A stretch of DNA of 64,000 nt from a virus (taxonomy: Duplodnaviria; Caudoviricetes): IMG/VR virus record IMGVR_UViG_3300001487_000106, positions 29,193 through 93,192 of that record, one strand, 5' to 3'. Position numbers and translations under genes: made by a program. Numbering within the stretch: position 1 is the stretch's first letter; the number at the start of each line of letters is the position of its first letter. The notes beneath the pieces were generated by a model. It was not told the DNA's origin and did no database searches. It saw only the letters and a program-made list of their open reading frames with translations. Shown one piece after another: positions 8,514-18,870 of the stretch.

Positions 8514-10991
8514 ATGGCAAAAGACGTACAAATGTTTTATATCGAATCTGATATAAAGAAGATTCAAACTAAAACAAATCTGTATATTCAAAAGTATGGT
8601 CCCGCTGGTGCTTTTCATTTAGCACGTGAGATTATACAAAATAATATCGATGAATGTATAGACCCAGAATCAAATGGTTCAAATATCTATATATCTTATG
8701 ATAAAGAATCTGACATGCTTATTTGTGAAGATGATGGTAGGGGATTTCCTGAAAAGGATTATCCTCTTGATATTTTTTGTACTAAGAACCAGAGTGGCTC
8801 TAAGTTCTTTAGAGACCAGGGTGGTGAAAGTGCAGGAGAGTTCGGCGTTGGTTTAACGGTCGTCAACGCACTTTCTGATAAATTTATTATCACTTCATTC
8901 AGAGAAGATGAAGGATATAAGCATACAATAACATTTGCTGATGGTGAGAAAATTAGTGATGAAAAAGTACCGTTAAAGAAGTCTGATCCTCGTCATGGTT
9001 CGAGGATTTCATTTATTCCAGCAAGAAAATATCTTGGTGCGAATACAGTTATTCCATATAAAGATATGATTGAATGGATAGAGAAAATGACTTTCTTTAT
9101 TCGTAAAAAGAAATTAAAGATAAAGGTGGATATTTTCAAAGGAATGAAGCTTAAGGAAACATACACCTTTAAACCAAGGAAGTTTGATGAACTCCTTGAT
9201 AAAATCGCAACTGATACTAAATACTCTCCCAAGTGTAACTTTAGTGGCGATACTGTTATAAAAGAAAAAGTTATGAAATCTGTCATAGACCCTGAAACAG
9301 GAAAAGTTAATACAAAGAGTGAAATAGTTAAGAAAAATATTCATATTGACGTCGCTCTTAGATATGTCCCCGATTCAGTAACTTACTATGACACATATTG
9401 TAACTACACTAATACAATAGACGGTGGTATTCATCAGGATACTTTTGAAAGATGCTTCTGTAATTATATGCAGAATAAAGTCAAAGCAACAATGACTGAT
9501 AACCAGAAAGAAAAAACTCCTATACTTTGGGATGATATTCGTTCTGGTCTCTGTTGTGTTATTAATCTCTCAACCAATGCACAGGTAGGATTCGTTGGTA
9601 ATGCTAAAACAAAAATCGGATCAGATACACTGATACCATATTTAGCTGAAATTCTTAATAGAGAAATTGATAAGTTCTTTGGTGAGAACCAGAATTGTCT
9701 TAATGAATTTATTAAGATCATTAAGCTTAATGCTAAAGCAAGGGTTGAAGCTAGTAAAGTCAAATCTGCTGTCAAGAAAGAACGTATAAATTCATTCAGT
9801 GAACACCAGATGTCCAATTTCATACGCTGTAATAACACTGGTAAAAAGTTTAAAGAGATATTTCTTGTTGAGGGAAACTCAGCTTCAGGTTCTGCTCGTA
9901 ATGGATGTGACCCGGATACTCAGGCATTTTTCTTGTTCAGAGGTGTTGTTGCCAATAGCTTTAAATGCTCTCTTTCAGAGATTATGCAAAATAAAGAACT
10001 GCATGACTTGGTAACAGTAATGAGATGCGGAATTGGACCAACATTTGATCCTAACAAGCTTTACTATGATAGAATTAATATCTTTACAGATGCTGATATT
10101 GATGGTGCTTATATCAGTAGTGGTATGTTAGCATTCTTCTATAAGTATTATAGACCTCTTATTGAAGCTGGTAAGATATACAAGGTATTTTCACCTTTAT
10201 ATGCTCTTGACGATAAAGAGCACCCATATGTAGCAAATAAAGCAGAGATGGTTGAATTATATCATAAGAAAGTTGCCAAAAACTATAAGATTCGTCTTAA
10301 AGGTGAAAGTAAATTCATGGATAAACATGAACTATACGATTTTCTGATGGATACGTATGACTATAGAGAAAATCTTATGCGAGTTGCAAAAGATATGGGC
10401 AATGTTAATAAGTTTCTTGTTGAATCAATAATTGCTTATTTAGTCTTAATGGGTGTTGTACGAAGTTCAGATGATTACGACGACTTAAAGTCAACATTTG
10501 ATAATCAAAAGTTCATCAAAACATTCATGAGTAATATTCAGAAAAAATTCCCTGAGATCATCATTGATGATAAAACTGTATTAAGCGGTGTTGTTGAAGG
10601 CAAGTTCTGCAGTGTCAATGTATCAAATCGTTTTATTCGTAAGAATAACGGTATTATACCAGCAATAAGCGAATATGGATATATTCTTGAGGTTCAGGAA
10701 AAGGGTAAAGATATTCGAGAAATGACAATTGGAGAATTTCTTGATGATGCAATGAAGTATTCTCTCAAGATAAAAACACGTTTCAAGGGGTTAGGTGAGT
10801 TGGATGGCAAACAGTTGAGAAGTACAACCCTTGACATGAATAACCGTGTTTCAGTACAATTTACAGTTGAAGATTTTGAGAGAGAACTCTCAATTATGAA
10901 TATGATTCATGGTCCTGGAAAACAGGATCTTGAACGTCGTAAACAGCTTATGAAAAAATATCAAATAAAACGTGATGATCTTGACAACTAA
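8514..10991 (+). CDS. gyrB: Type IIA topoisomerase (gyrase-like) subunit B
   Basis: GHKL motifs EIIQNNIDE, DDGRG, GEFGVGLTVVNALS; TOPRIM motifs LVEGNSA and TDADIDG; C-terminal RFKGLGE. Confidence 0.93.
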   Translation: MAKDVQMFYIESDIKKIQTKTNLYIQKYGPAGAFHLAREIIQNNIDECIDPESNGSNIYISYDKESDMLICEDDGRGFPEKDYPLDIFCTKNQSGSKFFRDQGGESAGEFGVGLTVVNALSDKFIITSFREDEGYKHTITFADGEKISDEKVPLKKSDPRHGSRISFIPARKYLGANTVIPYKDMIEWIEKMTFFIRKKKLKIKVDIFKGMKLKETYTFKPRKFDELLDKIATDTKYSPKCNFSGDTVIKEKVMKSVIDPETGKVNTKSEIVKKNIHIDVALRYVPDSVTYYDTYCNYTNTIDGGIHQDTFERCFCNYMQNKVKATMTDNQKEKTPILWDDIRSGLCCVINLSTNAQVGFVGNAKTKIGSDTLIPYLAEILNREIDKFFGENQNCLNEFIKIIKLNAKARVEASKVKSAVKKERINSFSEHQMSNFIRCNNTGKKFKEIFLVEGNSASGSARNGCDPDTQAFFLFRGVVANSFKCSLSEIMQNKELHDLVTVMRCGIGPTFDPNKLYYDRINIFTDADIDGAYISSGMLAFFYKYYRPLIEAGKIYKVFSPLYALDDKEHPYVANKAEMVELYHKKVAKNYKIRLKGESKFMDKHELYDFLMDTYDYRENLMRVAKDMGNVNKFLVESIIAYLVLMGVVRSSDDYDDLKSTFDNQKFIKTFMSNIQKKFPEIIIDDKTVLSGVVEGKFCSVNVSNRFIRKNNGIIPAISEYGYILEVQEKGKDIREMTIGEFLDDAMKYSLKIKTRFKGLGELDGKQLRSTTLDMNNRVSVQFTVEDFERELSIMNMIHGPGKQDLERRKQLMKKYQIKRDDLDN

Positions 10992-11013
10992 ATAGAGAGG
11001 AGAGTGAATACTG

Positions 11014-13404
11014 ATGTCTGAAAAAATATCTAGACAAAATGTAGCAGATGCTACATTAGAATATTCTTGTTTATTCGGTGCAAATAAGAACGTTTATCGT
11101 ATCGCACCAAGTTTACAAGATGGAAAAAAACCCGGTGCTAGACGCTTGTATTGGTCATGGTGGTTAACTGAAAAGAAACCAAAGGACACATCTAAGGAAA
11201 CTTTAAAGAAACTTAGGTTTATTAAAGCTGGTACCATATCTTCAAATGCTATGGCGTATCATCCTCATGGTGATGCTGCTATGTCTGAATTGATTGTTCG
11301 TGAAGGACAATACTGGAATAATAATGTGCTCTCTATAGTACCACAGGGCTCTTATGGAAATATCAGAGGAGATCAAGCTGCCGCTGGTCGTTATGCTGAA
11401 GCTAAAATAAGCGAATACATGATTGACTGTTTCTTCGATGATTTTGATAAGTATTGTGTGCCTATGAAAATGGCATATGATGGAGTATCACCTGAGCCCG
11501 AATATCTTCCTGCTAAGTATCCTCATATACTATTCAATCCTCAGATTTCAGGAATAGGTTTTGCACTCGCATCAAATATTCCACCTTTTAATGTGACTGA
11601 AGTTTTGAATGCAACGATAAAGTTGATGAAAGATCCTGAAGCAAAAATTCTTCTTATACCCGATTCACCGACTGGAGCGGATATTATTGATGAGGGTAAT
11701 TTTAAGGAGATAAATAAGACTGGTAAGAGTAAGTTGACAATGAGAGCAACATCTAATATTGATTATCAGAATAATATTATTACTTTTACCAGTCTCCCTC
11801 TTCAGATGACTTCAATGCAGGTTATTGATAAAATAATCGCATTAAAACTTCCTGAAATATATGATATTAAGGATTATACTAAGGAAGGTGAAGTTAAATT
11901 CCAGATACTCCTTAAGTCTGATGCTAATCCTGATAAGATTCTCAATACTCTTTATAAGAAGAACACTGGTCTTAAAATGACATATCCAGTTGGAATTACA
12001 GTCATCGATGATTATGTGGCATATGAGTATGGAGTTAAGGATTTACTTCTTGAATGGATTGAATATCGTAGAGATATAGTTCGTTCAATGTTTTTAAATA
12101 ATCTTCAGATTACAATGGAGAAACTTCATATGAATAAGGTTCTTTTAATGGTATTCAATAAGGATAATATTGAAACTACTGTTAAGATTGCTAAGAACTC
12201 ATCTTCACGTAAAGATACTATTGATAAACTTATGAAGAGATATAAGATAACATCTCTTCAGGCTGCTACTATAGCAGATATGCATGTCTATAATTTTAAT
12301 GCGGATTCTTATAATCGTTATAAAGAGGAAAAGCAGAAGCTTGAAGCTGAATTAAAAGATATTAAAGATAGGCTTAAGCATAGTAGTAAGATTGATGAGT
12401 TCATCATTGGACAGTTACAAGAGGGTATAAAGAAATGGGGTCGCCCTCGTATGTCTAAGGTAGTTAAGGAAAATGATGATGATAAAAAAGAAATACCAAA
12501 TACTGAACACCTTATCGGTATCAGTGAAAGTGGATATATAAAGAAGCTTTCTATTAAAGATAATAGTAGTATTGGTTTAGTTGGTAAAGAGAACGGAAAT
12601 CTGTCAGTGATGCAAATTAATAATAGGGAGAATATTCTCGTTATTGATAGTTCTGGCAGGGTATCTAAAATATCAGTATCAGCTATTCCTGATATGAAAT
12701 ATGAGGATATTGGTGTTGAGATAAACAGATACTTTACGTCAGATGGAAAGATAATATCTCTGATGAAGTTACCAAACATGGATATACTGAAATCAAAAGA
12801 TGATGATTTATGTATTATCTTTGTTACAAAGAATGGTTTGGCAAAGAAAGTACCGATAAACGAGTTTAATAAAATCACTGACTACAAAATGGGTATTACT
12901 CTTAATCCCGATGATGAAGTTGCCGCAGCAATGTTTTCATTTGATAAGAGTAGTAAAGATTGCATAATTTGTACGAACCTAGGTGATGGAATTCGTATAT
13001 CAATTAATGACATTAAAACACTGGGAAAACAGGCTAAAGGCGTTAAACAGATAAATCTTAAAGAAGATGAATATGTTGTGAACGCTTGTAAAATCAATCC
13101 TAGTAAAAAACTCTTATTCTATGTAACATCAAGCGGTCGTGTAAAATTAACTGAAACAAAATATTTCCCTGTTATGCAGAGAAAAGATGAAGCTTTATCA
13201 CTTATATCGCTTGATAAAAATGAAACACTTATAGGAATATCATCTGTAAGTAAGAATGATGTTGTTATGGTATACAGAAAGAACTCTGAACCAGTAGAGA
13301 TTAATTTAAATGATATTAAAGTAAGTACAAGAATTGCAAAAGGAGAAAAAATGATAAAGACTCCTAAAGGCGATAAGGTTGTTGCTTATAAAATATTCGG
13401 ATAA
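11014..13404 (+). CDS. gyrA: Type IIA topoisomerase (gyrase-like) subunit A with C-terminal beta-pinwheel
   Basis: DGKKPGARR, YHPHGD, active-site AAAGRYAE, SNIPPFN; repeated blade-like segments in the C-terminal 300 aa. Confidence 0.93.
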   Translation: MSEKISRQNVADATLEYSCLFGANKNVYRIAPSLQDGKKPGARRLYWSWWLTEKKPKDTSKETLKKLRFIKAGTISSNAMAYHPHGDAAMSELIVREGQYWNNNVLSIVPQGSYGNIRGDQAAAGRYAEAKISEYMIDCFFDDFDKYCVPMKMAYDGVSPEPEYLPAKYPHILFNPQISGIGFALASNIPPFNVTEVLNATIKLMKDPEAKILLIPDSPTGADIIDEGNFKEINKTGKSKLTMRATSNIDYQNNIITFTSLPLQMTSMQVIDKIIALKLPEIYDIKDYTKEGEVKFQILLKSDANPDKILNTLYKKNTGLKMTYPVGITVIDDYVAYEYGVKDLLLEWIEYRRDIVRSMFLNNLQITMEKLHMNKVLLMVFNKDNIETTVKIAKNSSSRKDTIDKLMKRYKITSLQAATIADMHVYNFNADSYNRYKEEKQKLEAELKDIKDRLKHSSKIDEFIIGQLQEGIKKWGRPRMSKVVKENDDDKKEIPNTEHLIGISESGYIKKLSIKDNSSIGLVGKENGNLSVMQINNRENILVIDSSGRVSKISVSAIPDMKYEDIGVEINRYFTSDGKIISLMKLPNMDILKSKDDDLCIIFVTKNGLAKKVPINEFNKITDYKMGITLNPDDEVAAAMFSFDKSSKDCIICTNLGDGIRISINDIKTLGKQAKGVKQINLKEDEYVVNACKINPSKKLLFYVTSSGRVKLTETKYFPVMQRKDEALSLISLDKNETLIGISSVSKNDVVMVYRKNSEPVEINLNDIKVSTRIAKGEKMIKTPKGDKVVAYKIFG

Positions 13405-13418
13405 ATTTCAATGATAAA

Positions 13419-13466
13419 TAAAAAAAGAGAGTAGTGATATAATAAAATTCACTACTCTCTTTTTTT
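13419..13466. terminator. Bidirectional intrinsic terminator
   Basis: aaaaaagagagtagtga / tcactactctctttttt. Confidence 0.8.
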
Positions 13467-13498
13467 ATTTCAATAAAGTTAGTTTACGGATATGATAA

Positions 13499-13511
13499 AA
13501 CATAACAATAA
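13499..13511 (+). promoter_or_regulatory. Late promoter AACA-N6-TAA
   Basis: aaca taacaa taa. Confidence 0.7.
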
Positions 13512-13545
13512 TATCATATCTTCAAGTAAGTGAGGTGAATATTTA

Positions 13546-14985
13546 TTGTATATAAATGAAGAGGCTGATTATAATGATGAAAATAGATATCCTGTATTTA
13601 TTGTACTAACATATGGTAATAACCCATTAGGTATGGCAATAAAACATTTCACTGGTGATGAATGGACTCACTCACTTATATCATTTAATCCAGAACTATC
13701 ACCTATGTATAGTTTTGCAGCTCGAACACAAAAAATAAAAGGTCCACACTCATTATTTGGATATACATATCAAGGAACTACTGATAACTGGTATAAGCAT
13801 AAACAAACTAAGTATTTAGTATATGTGATGTATGTAAATAAATTTGCGATAAAAAAAATGAAAGATCATGTTAATTATTTTACATCGCATGAAAAAGACT
13901 TTAAATATGATTTTGTAGGTTTAGCTAATATTGCTCGCAATAAAGATAGTGAAACACATCGAAAATATTTTTGTTCACGTTTTGTTGCTGAAGTAATAGG
14001 TCAGGGAGTACCATTAGGAAAACTTCCATCTTTATATAGACCTCAGGAATTAAAAGATTTAAATAATATATCATTAGTTAATGCCGGTACAGATATGTAC
14101 ATGTATAATCCAAAAGTGACTATTTCTAATTTAAAAAAAGTAAAAAATAAAATATATAATAAATTTAATTATCAAGAAAAATATATTGAGAAAGAGGATG
14201 AAAATATGTATGATTATTTAGATTTATATCTTGATTATATTGTTGAAGAGAGTCGAAATGACAGTATTTCCAATACAAGAAAACAGCATATAGATGAAGC
14301 AAAAAAAACAATTGATGATAGTAAAAAAACACAAAAAATGATTAAAAAAGCCATTGTTTTATGTTTAGCATGCATTGGTTTAGGTATATGGTTAGCTAAT
14401 AACCATGCTAATAAAAAAATGTATAAACAAGAAGTAAGTAATCTCAAAGAAAAATTAAATGAACTTCAAAATGACAACAACGATTTAAAAAGAAACGTTG
14501 GTAAATTAACAAGAGCTGTGAATAAATTAAACACTCAACTAAATGATACTAACTCTCGTGTTGACGATCTGGAGTCTAAAACTAAAAGAGCATATAGTAG
14601 ATTAAATAAGATAGATGGCCCAGAGGGACAACTTGCTGAGTTGCGTGCTGAAAATAAAAGTACAAGAGAAGTCTTAAAAAAAACAGGAAAACGTGTTGGA
14701 CAAATTGTTGGAGAATTGGAAAAACAAAAGAAAGAATATGAAAAAGATAAAGATAGGTATAATAAACAAATAGGTAACATAACTGAACATATTAAAAAAC
14801 AGGATAATGCTATTAAAGCAACAGGTCAGAAAGTTAGTAAAGCACAGAAAGATAGTCTTGGTGCAGCTGCAATGAACTTGTTAGCTGCAAAAATAAATTC
14901 AGATTCAAAAGACAAATCTGACAGAAGGGCTCTTACAACTAGTAAGAATCGACAGAAAAAACCATTAATAATAGATGTAAATTAA
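13546..14985 (+). CDS. Permuted papain-like (NlpC/P60, YiiX/C92-type) peptidase domain fused to a TM plus coiled-coil region
   Basis: His precedes Cys (WTHSLIS ... KYFCSRFVA); hydrophobic AIVLCLACIGLGIWLA; long heptad region. Confidence 0.65.
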   Translation: MYINEEADYNDENRYPVFIVLTYGNNPLGMAIKHFTGDEWTHSLISFNPELSPMYSFAARTQKIKGPHSLFGYTYQGTTDNWYKHKQTKYLVYVMYVNKFAIKKMKDHVNYFTSHEKDFKYDFVGLANIARNKDSETHRKYFCSRFVAEVIGQGVPLGKLPSLYRPQELKDLNNISLVNAGTDMYMYNPKVTISNLKKVKNKIYNKFNYQEKYIEKEDENMYDYLDLYLDYIVEESRNDSISNTRKQHIDEAKKTIDDSKKTQKMIKKAIVLCLACIGLGIWLANNHANKKMYKQEVSNLKEKLNELQNDNNDLKRNVGKLTRAVNKLNTQLNDTNSRVDDLESKTKRAYSRLNKIDGPEGQLAELRAENKSTREVLKKTGKRVGQIVGELEKQKKEYEKDKDRYNKQIGNITEHIKKQDNAIKATGQKVSKAQKDSLGAAAMNLLAAKINSDSKDKSDRRALTTSKNRQKKPLIIDVN

Positions 14986-14995
14986 AAAAGAATAT

Positions 14996-15034
14996 GAAGA
15001 CAAGGTGCTAAGGTTCCTTGTCTTCTTCTTTTTT
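14996..15034 (+). terminator. Intrinsic terminator
   Basis: gaagacaagg / ccttgtcttc plus T run. Confidence 0.75.
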
Positions 15035-15110
15035 ATGTACTTCTCAGACGCATATCTTACAATATTTAATAGAATATAGCATGTGGTTTTCATGAAAAAC
15101 ATATACTGAA

Positions 15111-15123
15111 AACAAATATTTAA
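15111..15123 (+). promoter_or_regulatory. Late promoter AACA-N6-TAA
   Basis: aaca aatatt taa. Confidence 0.7.
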
Positions 15124-15165
15124 GTTGATTTCATAATAAAATCTTTGAAGAAAGGAATGAACTTT

Positions 15166-17010
15166 ATGGCATATTTAGATACTGATAAGATTCTCAACGG
15201 TTCTCCTAAAAAGAGACTTATTATCGGTTATAATGAATTAAAGAAAGATTTTAATGAATCTACAGCACAAAAATATTCTGAATTATATATGAATCAACCT
15301 TTATCTTTCATATTAGAAAATTCAAGAATGATATTTGCTGAACCTTTTTATGGTTATGAATTTTATTCGGATATTATTACTGGAGATGAAGAACTTTGTA
15401 TGTTCCCAAAGTACGAAGTTGAACTTGAAAAAATTAATAGATATATTGACGAAAATCGGGACAATATGGATCCGGCACAACTCAAAATGTATACAGATTT
15501 ACGAGATAAGCTTGTAAATAAAATGAACGAGTGTAAGAATACTACTATTATTGCACAAAGAGTTGATGATAAAACTCCCGAAATAGAAGATAAAGTATCA
15601 AATAAGATTTCTAATGCGTTATTTGATTATAAGATGGGTCTTAAAGAAAATAACAATAATAAATGTAAGGAAGCTAAAGAAGAACTTGATACTGTATTCA
15701 GAAATTCAGATAAAGAAACTAATCTAACTTATGCTCCTTTTGTTAATAAAGCAATTCCGAATTCTTCAGCTTCCGGAATAGCTATATCTAAAATTGAAGG
15801 TAATGCTACTAATGATCCTGCTACAAGGATAAATGAGTCAGTCATTGTTTCCAAGTTATTTGCTGATAAAGCATATCAAGAAGCAGTATCAAATATTCCC
15901 AAAGCAATGGATAGAATAGTATTCACAGAATTAGCAAATGAAAACATAATTGAACAGCTTGATGAAATTATAACTGAAAGAGTTAATTCAGTTGAAACAT
16001 ATTATGCAAGTCCTAATTCAGCAGTTAATAATATCTTTGATGATGAAATTGATGAGGAGTTATTCAGAGAAGATAATAATAATTATAAGCGTGAAAGATA
16101 TGGAATCCGTCTGGAAGTATTAGAATATGTCAGAGACATAATAACATCTGAATATCAGATATGTGATGACATTAATGCACCCATTACAGGATTTTCATTC
16201 TTTAATGAAAATACAAGCATCGAAGATGCATTTAGAATTATAAATGAAATGTGTAATGATACTGCTGAATTTGCTGGTATTGTTACTGAAAAACCTGTTG
16301 GTGATGACGAAGATGTCACTGATGATGATATTGATAGTATGGATAAAGAAATAAATGATGATGATGGTGATGAATCAAAAAAATCTAATGCCTCTGAGCA
16401 CGAGTCTGAAAAAAATAACGTGAACGATAAATCTGATGATACTAGCAGTAGTCCTATAAGATCTTTATCTGGTAAGTCTGAAGCACCTGAGACTAAGAAT
16501 CTTGCTAATAAAGTTCAGTTTAAAGCTATGGACGCTGAAGTAAAGCAGAATAAAGCACGTGCTGTCGCAAAGCAAAAGGGGCAAGAAGTTAAAAATGCGG
16601 CTAAGGCAGTTACTCAACTTCCTAAAAATGTAATGAATGATGTAAAAGACCAAATTGCTAAAATAGATAAGGCAGATGATGATCGACGTATGAAATATAT
16701 GTCAGAACCGGGCTTTAGGAAAAAAGCTTTACGTAACTTACGTTTGGCAACGCTATATGGTGGTGCTGCAAGAGTTAACTTAGCATTAATACCAGTTATT
16801 CAGATTTGCCGTCATTTTAGTAAAAAGAAAGATGCCCGTATACGTAATCAACTCGTAAGAGATATTGATACTGAAATCAAAATTACTGACGAAAAGATTA
16901 ATGATGCAAGTTCTAATGGAGATAATGCTGAAAAGTATAAGCTCATGAGAATTAAATCAGCTCTTGAAGCTGAAAGAGTTCGTGTAAGAATGAATAGTAA
17001 ATATGTATAA
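15166..17010 (+). CDS. Putative virion head/internal protein
   Basis: RBS gaaaggaa favours ATG 15166 (MAYLDT); late promoter; lies in the operon upstream of the capsid gene. Confidence 0.55.
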   Translation: MAYLDTDKILNGSPKKRLIIGYNELKKDFNESTAQKYSELYMNQPLSFILENSRMIFAEPFYGYEFYSDIITGDEELCMFPKYEVELEKINRYIDENRDNMDPAQLKMYTDLRDKLVNKMNECKNTTIIAQRVDDKTPEIEDKVSNKISNALFDYKMGLKENNNNKCKEAKEELDTVFRNSDKETNLTYAPFVNKAIPNSSASGIAISKIEGNATNDPATRINESVIVSKLFADKAYQEAVSNIPKAMDRIVFTELANENIIEQLDEIITERVNSVETYYASPNSAVNNIFDDEIDEELFREDNNNYKRERYGIRLEVLEYVRDIITSEYQICDDINAPITGFSFFNENTSIEDAFRIINEMCNDTAEFAGIVTEKPVGDDEDVTDDDIDSMDKEINDDDGDESKKSNASEHESEKNNVNDKSDDTSSSPIRSLSGKSEAPETKNLANKVQFKAMDAEVKQNKARAVAKQKGQEVKNAAKAVTQLPKNVMNDVKDQIAKIDKADDDRRMKYMSEPGFRKKALRNLRLATLYGGAARVNLALIPVIQICRHFSKKKDARIRNQLVRDIDTEIKITDEKINDASSNGDNAEKYKLMRIKSALEAERVRVRMNSKYV

Positions 17011-17024
17011 AGGGGTGATGAAAG

Positions 17025-18722
17025 TTGTTGCTCAAAACTCCTAAAAGGATAAATAACAAATATGGTAAATATTTTCTAGCTGATGAAAGTGTCGATACAA
17101 TACCAGATACACAGGAAATATTTATTGAAACGAAGAAAAGACAAGATGATATAGACTTACTATCATCAATAGATATTACCGATGATGAAATAGATGATTT
17201 AGAAATTAACGTGGATTTATCTGATATGGATTTGGAAGATGATGAGCTTCCTGCAGATCTGGATATTGCGGAATTAGACGAAGATGATTATGATGTTGAT
17301 ATCCAAGATATCCCAAAAATTCCTAAACCTAAAAAGAAAAAGACTAATAAAAAGAAACCACAAAAAAAATCCAATAAAAATGATGATAAACATATCAATG
17401 ATATCGAACCATTAGATGATGAAAATGAAGATAATTTGGAAGATATCGATTCAATGGATATAGCTGACATCGAACCTATTAGTGATGATGATATATCAGA
17501 CATTGAACCTCTGGAAGATTATACATCCGATGATGATATTGAACCAATAGAGGATGATAGCACTAATAATGATATCAAACCTATTGATGACTCATCTGAT
17601 GTTGAAATTGAACCTATTGATGTTGCGACTGATTCTGATGACATTGAACCTTTGGAAGATGATACACCCGATGATGATATTGAACCAATAGAAGACGATG
17701 TCTCTGATGACGATGGTAATATCCAACCAATAGAGGATGATAGCACTAATAATGATATCAAACCTATTGATGACTCATCTGATGTTGAAATTGAACCTAT
17801 TGATGATGGGACTGATTCTAATGGCATTGAACCAATAGAAGACGATGTCTCTGATGACGATGGTGATATCCAACCAATAGAGGATGATAGCACTAATAAT
17901 GATATTAAACCTATTGATGATAAAACCGATTCTAATGACATTGAACCATTAGAAGATGATGCCTCCGATGACGATGGTGATATCCAACCAATAGAAGATG
18001 ATACCACATCAGAAGAAGACACAACAAATGATGATTCCAGCGGTTCTGATGACTCATCTGATGCATCTGGTGATATCCAACCAATGGATGATAATGATCA
18101 GAATGATAATGAGAATCAAGACGATCAAGCCACCGATAATAATGCAAGTGGTGATATAGAACCTATGAGCGATGACCAAGATGCAAATAATGAAAATCAA
18201 TCACAAAACAATGACCAAACAGATACAAATGGTGAAAATCAAAATACTCAAGATACAAATTTTAATGATAATAGCGATAATGCATCTGGTGATATCCAAC
18301 CGATGAGTGATGATAATCAAAATAATGATGCTGACCAAACAGATACAAATTTTAATGGAACAGGAACAAATCCAAATAATACAGTTCAAGCTGCTCAAAA
18401 TAATGAAAAGAAAAAACCTGGTTTGGAATATGATACAACTAGAAAGTACAATCTTTTCAGAGAATATATGTCACTTTACAATGCAATAGATAACTACATA
18501 TCAAAACTTGATACAAATATCAAAGATGACTTAGCAGTTAATCAGCTTGTAAAAACAGCAGTTTCTAAATTAAGAGAAGTTAAGGATTTAACATACGATT
18601 ATATGATGATTAAATTTGAAACCAACTCGTATATTCAGTCATTACTCTTTTATCAAAATTTAGTAGTTTCTGTTCAGTTAATATTTAAACTTCTTACCAA
18701 AACAAAGAAAATCAATAAATAA
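17025..18722 (+). CDS. Highly acidic repeat protein, candidate head scaffold
   Basis: Asp-rich D(I/V)(E/Q/K)P(I/L/M) repeats; helical C-terminus; directly upstream of the major capsid gene. Confidence 0.55.
   Translation: MLLKTPKRINNKYGKYFLADESVDTIPDTQEIFIETKKRQDDIDLLSSIDITDDEIDDLEINVDLSDMDLEDDELPADLDIAELDEDDYDVDIQDIPKIPKPKKKKTNKKKPQKKSNKNDDKHINDIEPLDDENEDNLEDIDSMDIADIEPISDDDISDIEPLEDYTSDDDIEPIEDDSTNNDIKPIDDSSDVEIEPIDVATDSDDIEPLEDDTPDDDIEPIEDDVSDDDGNIQPIEDDSTNNDIKPIDDSSDVEIEPIDDGTDSNGIEPIEDDVSDDDGDIQPIEDDSTNNDIKPIDDKTDSNDIEPLEDDASDDDGDIQPIEDDTTSEEDTTNDDSSGSDDSSDASGDIQPMDDNDQNDNENQDDQATDNNASGDIEPMSDDQDANNENQSQNNDQTDTNGENQNTQDTNFNDNSDNASGDIQPMSDDNQNNDADQTDTNFNGTGTNPNNTVQAAQNNEKKKPGLEYDTTRKYNLFREYMSLYNAIDNYISKLDTNIKDDLAVNQLVKTAVSKLREVKDLTYDYMMIKFETNSYIQSLLFYQNLVVSVQLIFKLLTKTKKINK
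17390..18360 (+). repeat. Intragenic tandem repeats of about 11-13 codons with higher-order duplications
   Basis: caatagaggatgatagcactaataatgat recurs near 17546, 17728 and 17876; about 20 DIEP/DIQP/DIKP units. Confidence 0.9.
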
Positions 18723-18738
18723 TGATATCCATTATTTA

Positions 18739-18751
18739 AACATATAAATAA
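18739..18751 (+). promoter_or_regulatory. Late promoter AACA-N6-TAA of the major capsid gene
   Basis: aaca tataaa taa. Confidence 0.7.
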
Positions 18752-18870
18752 TTATAGTTAATCCGAATGGATTAATTTCTGTTAATACTTGAATTACATA
18801 TTCTTATTAACAGGTAATAATTACAAAAAAGTTTAATCCATTAAATTTAGAAAAGGAGTTGAAATTTTAA

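Noticed and set aside
8514-13404. Bacterial chromosome origin region suggested by gyrB-gyrA and an FtsZ-like gene
   Set aside because: The proteins are highly divergent, there is no dnaA/dnaN/recF, and they are embedded among capsid, terminase and sheath genes with phage promoters
13483-13489. TTTACGG box as another bipartite minus-strand promoter
   Set aside because: No TATAT element at the expected spacing
17390-18360. Possible CRISPR array or DGR repeats in the repeated block
   Set aside because: The repeats are in-frame coding units with no unique spacers; no cas or reverse transcriptase gene is in the window
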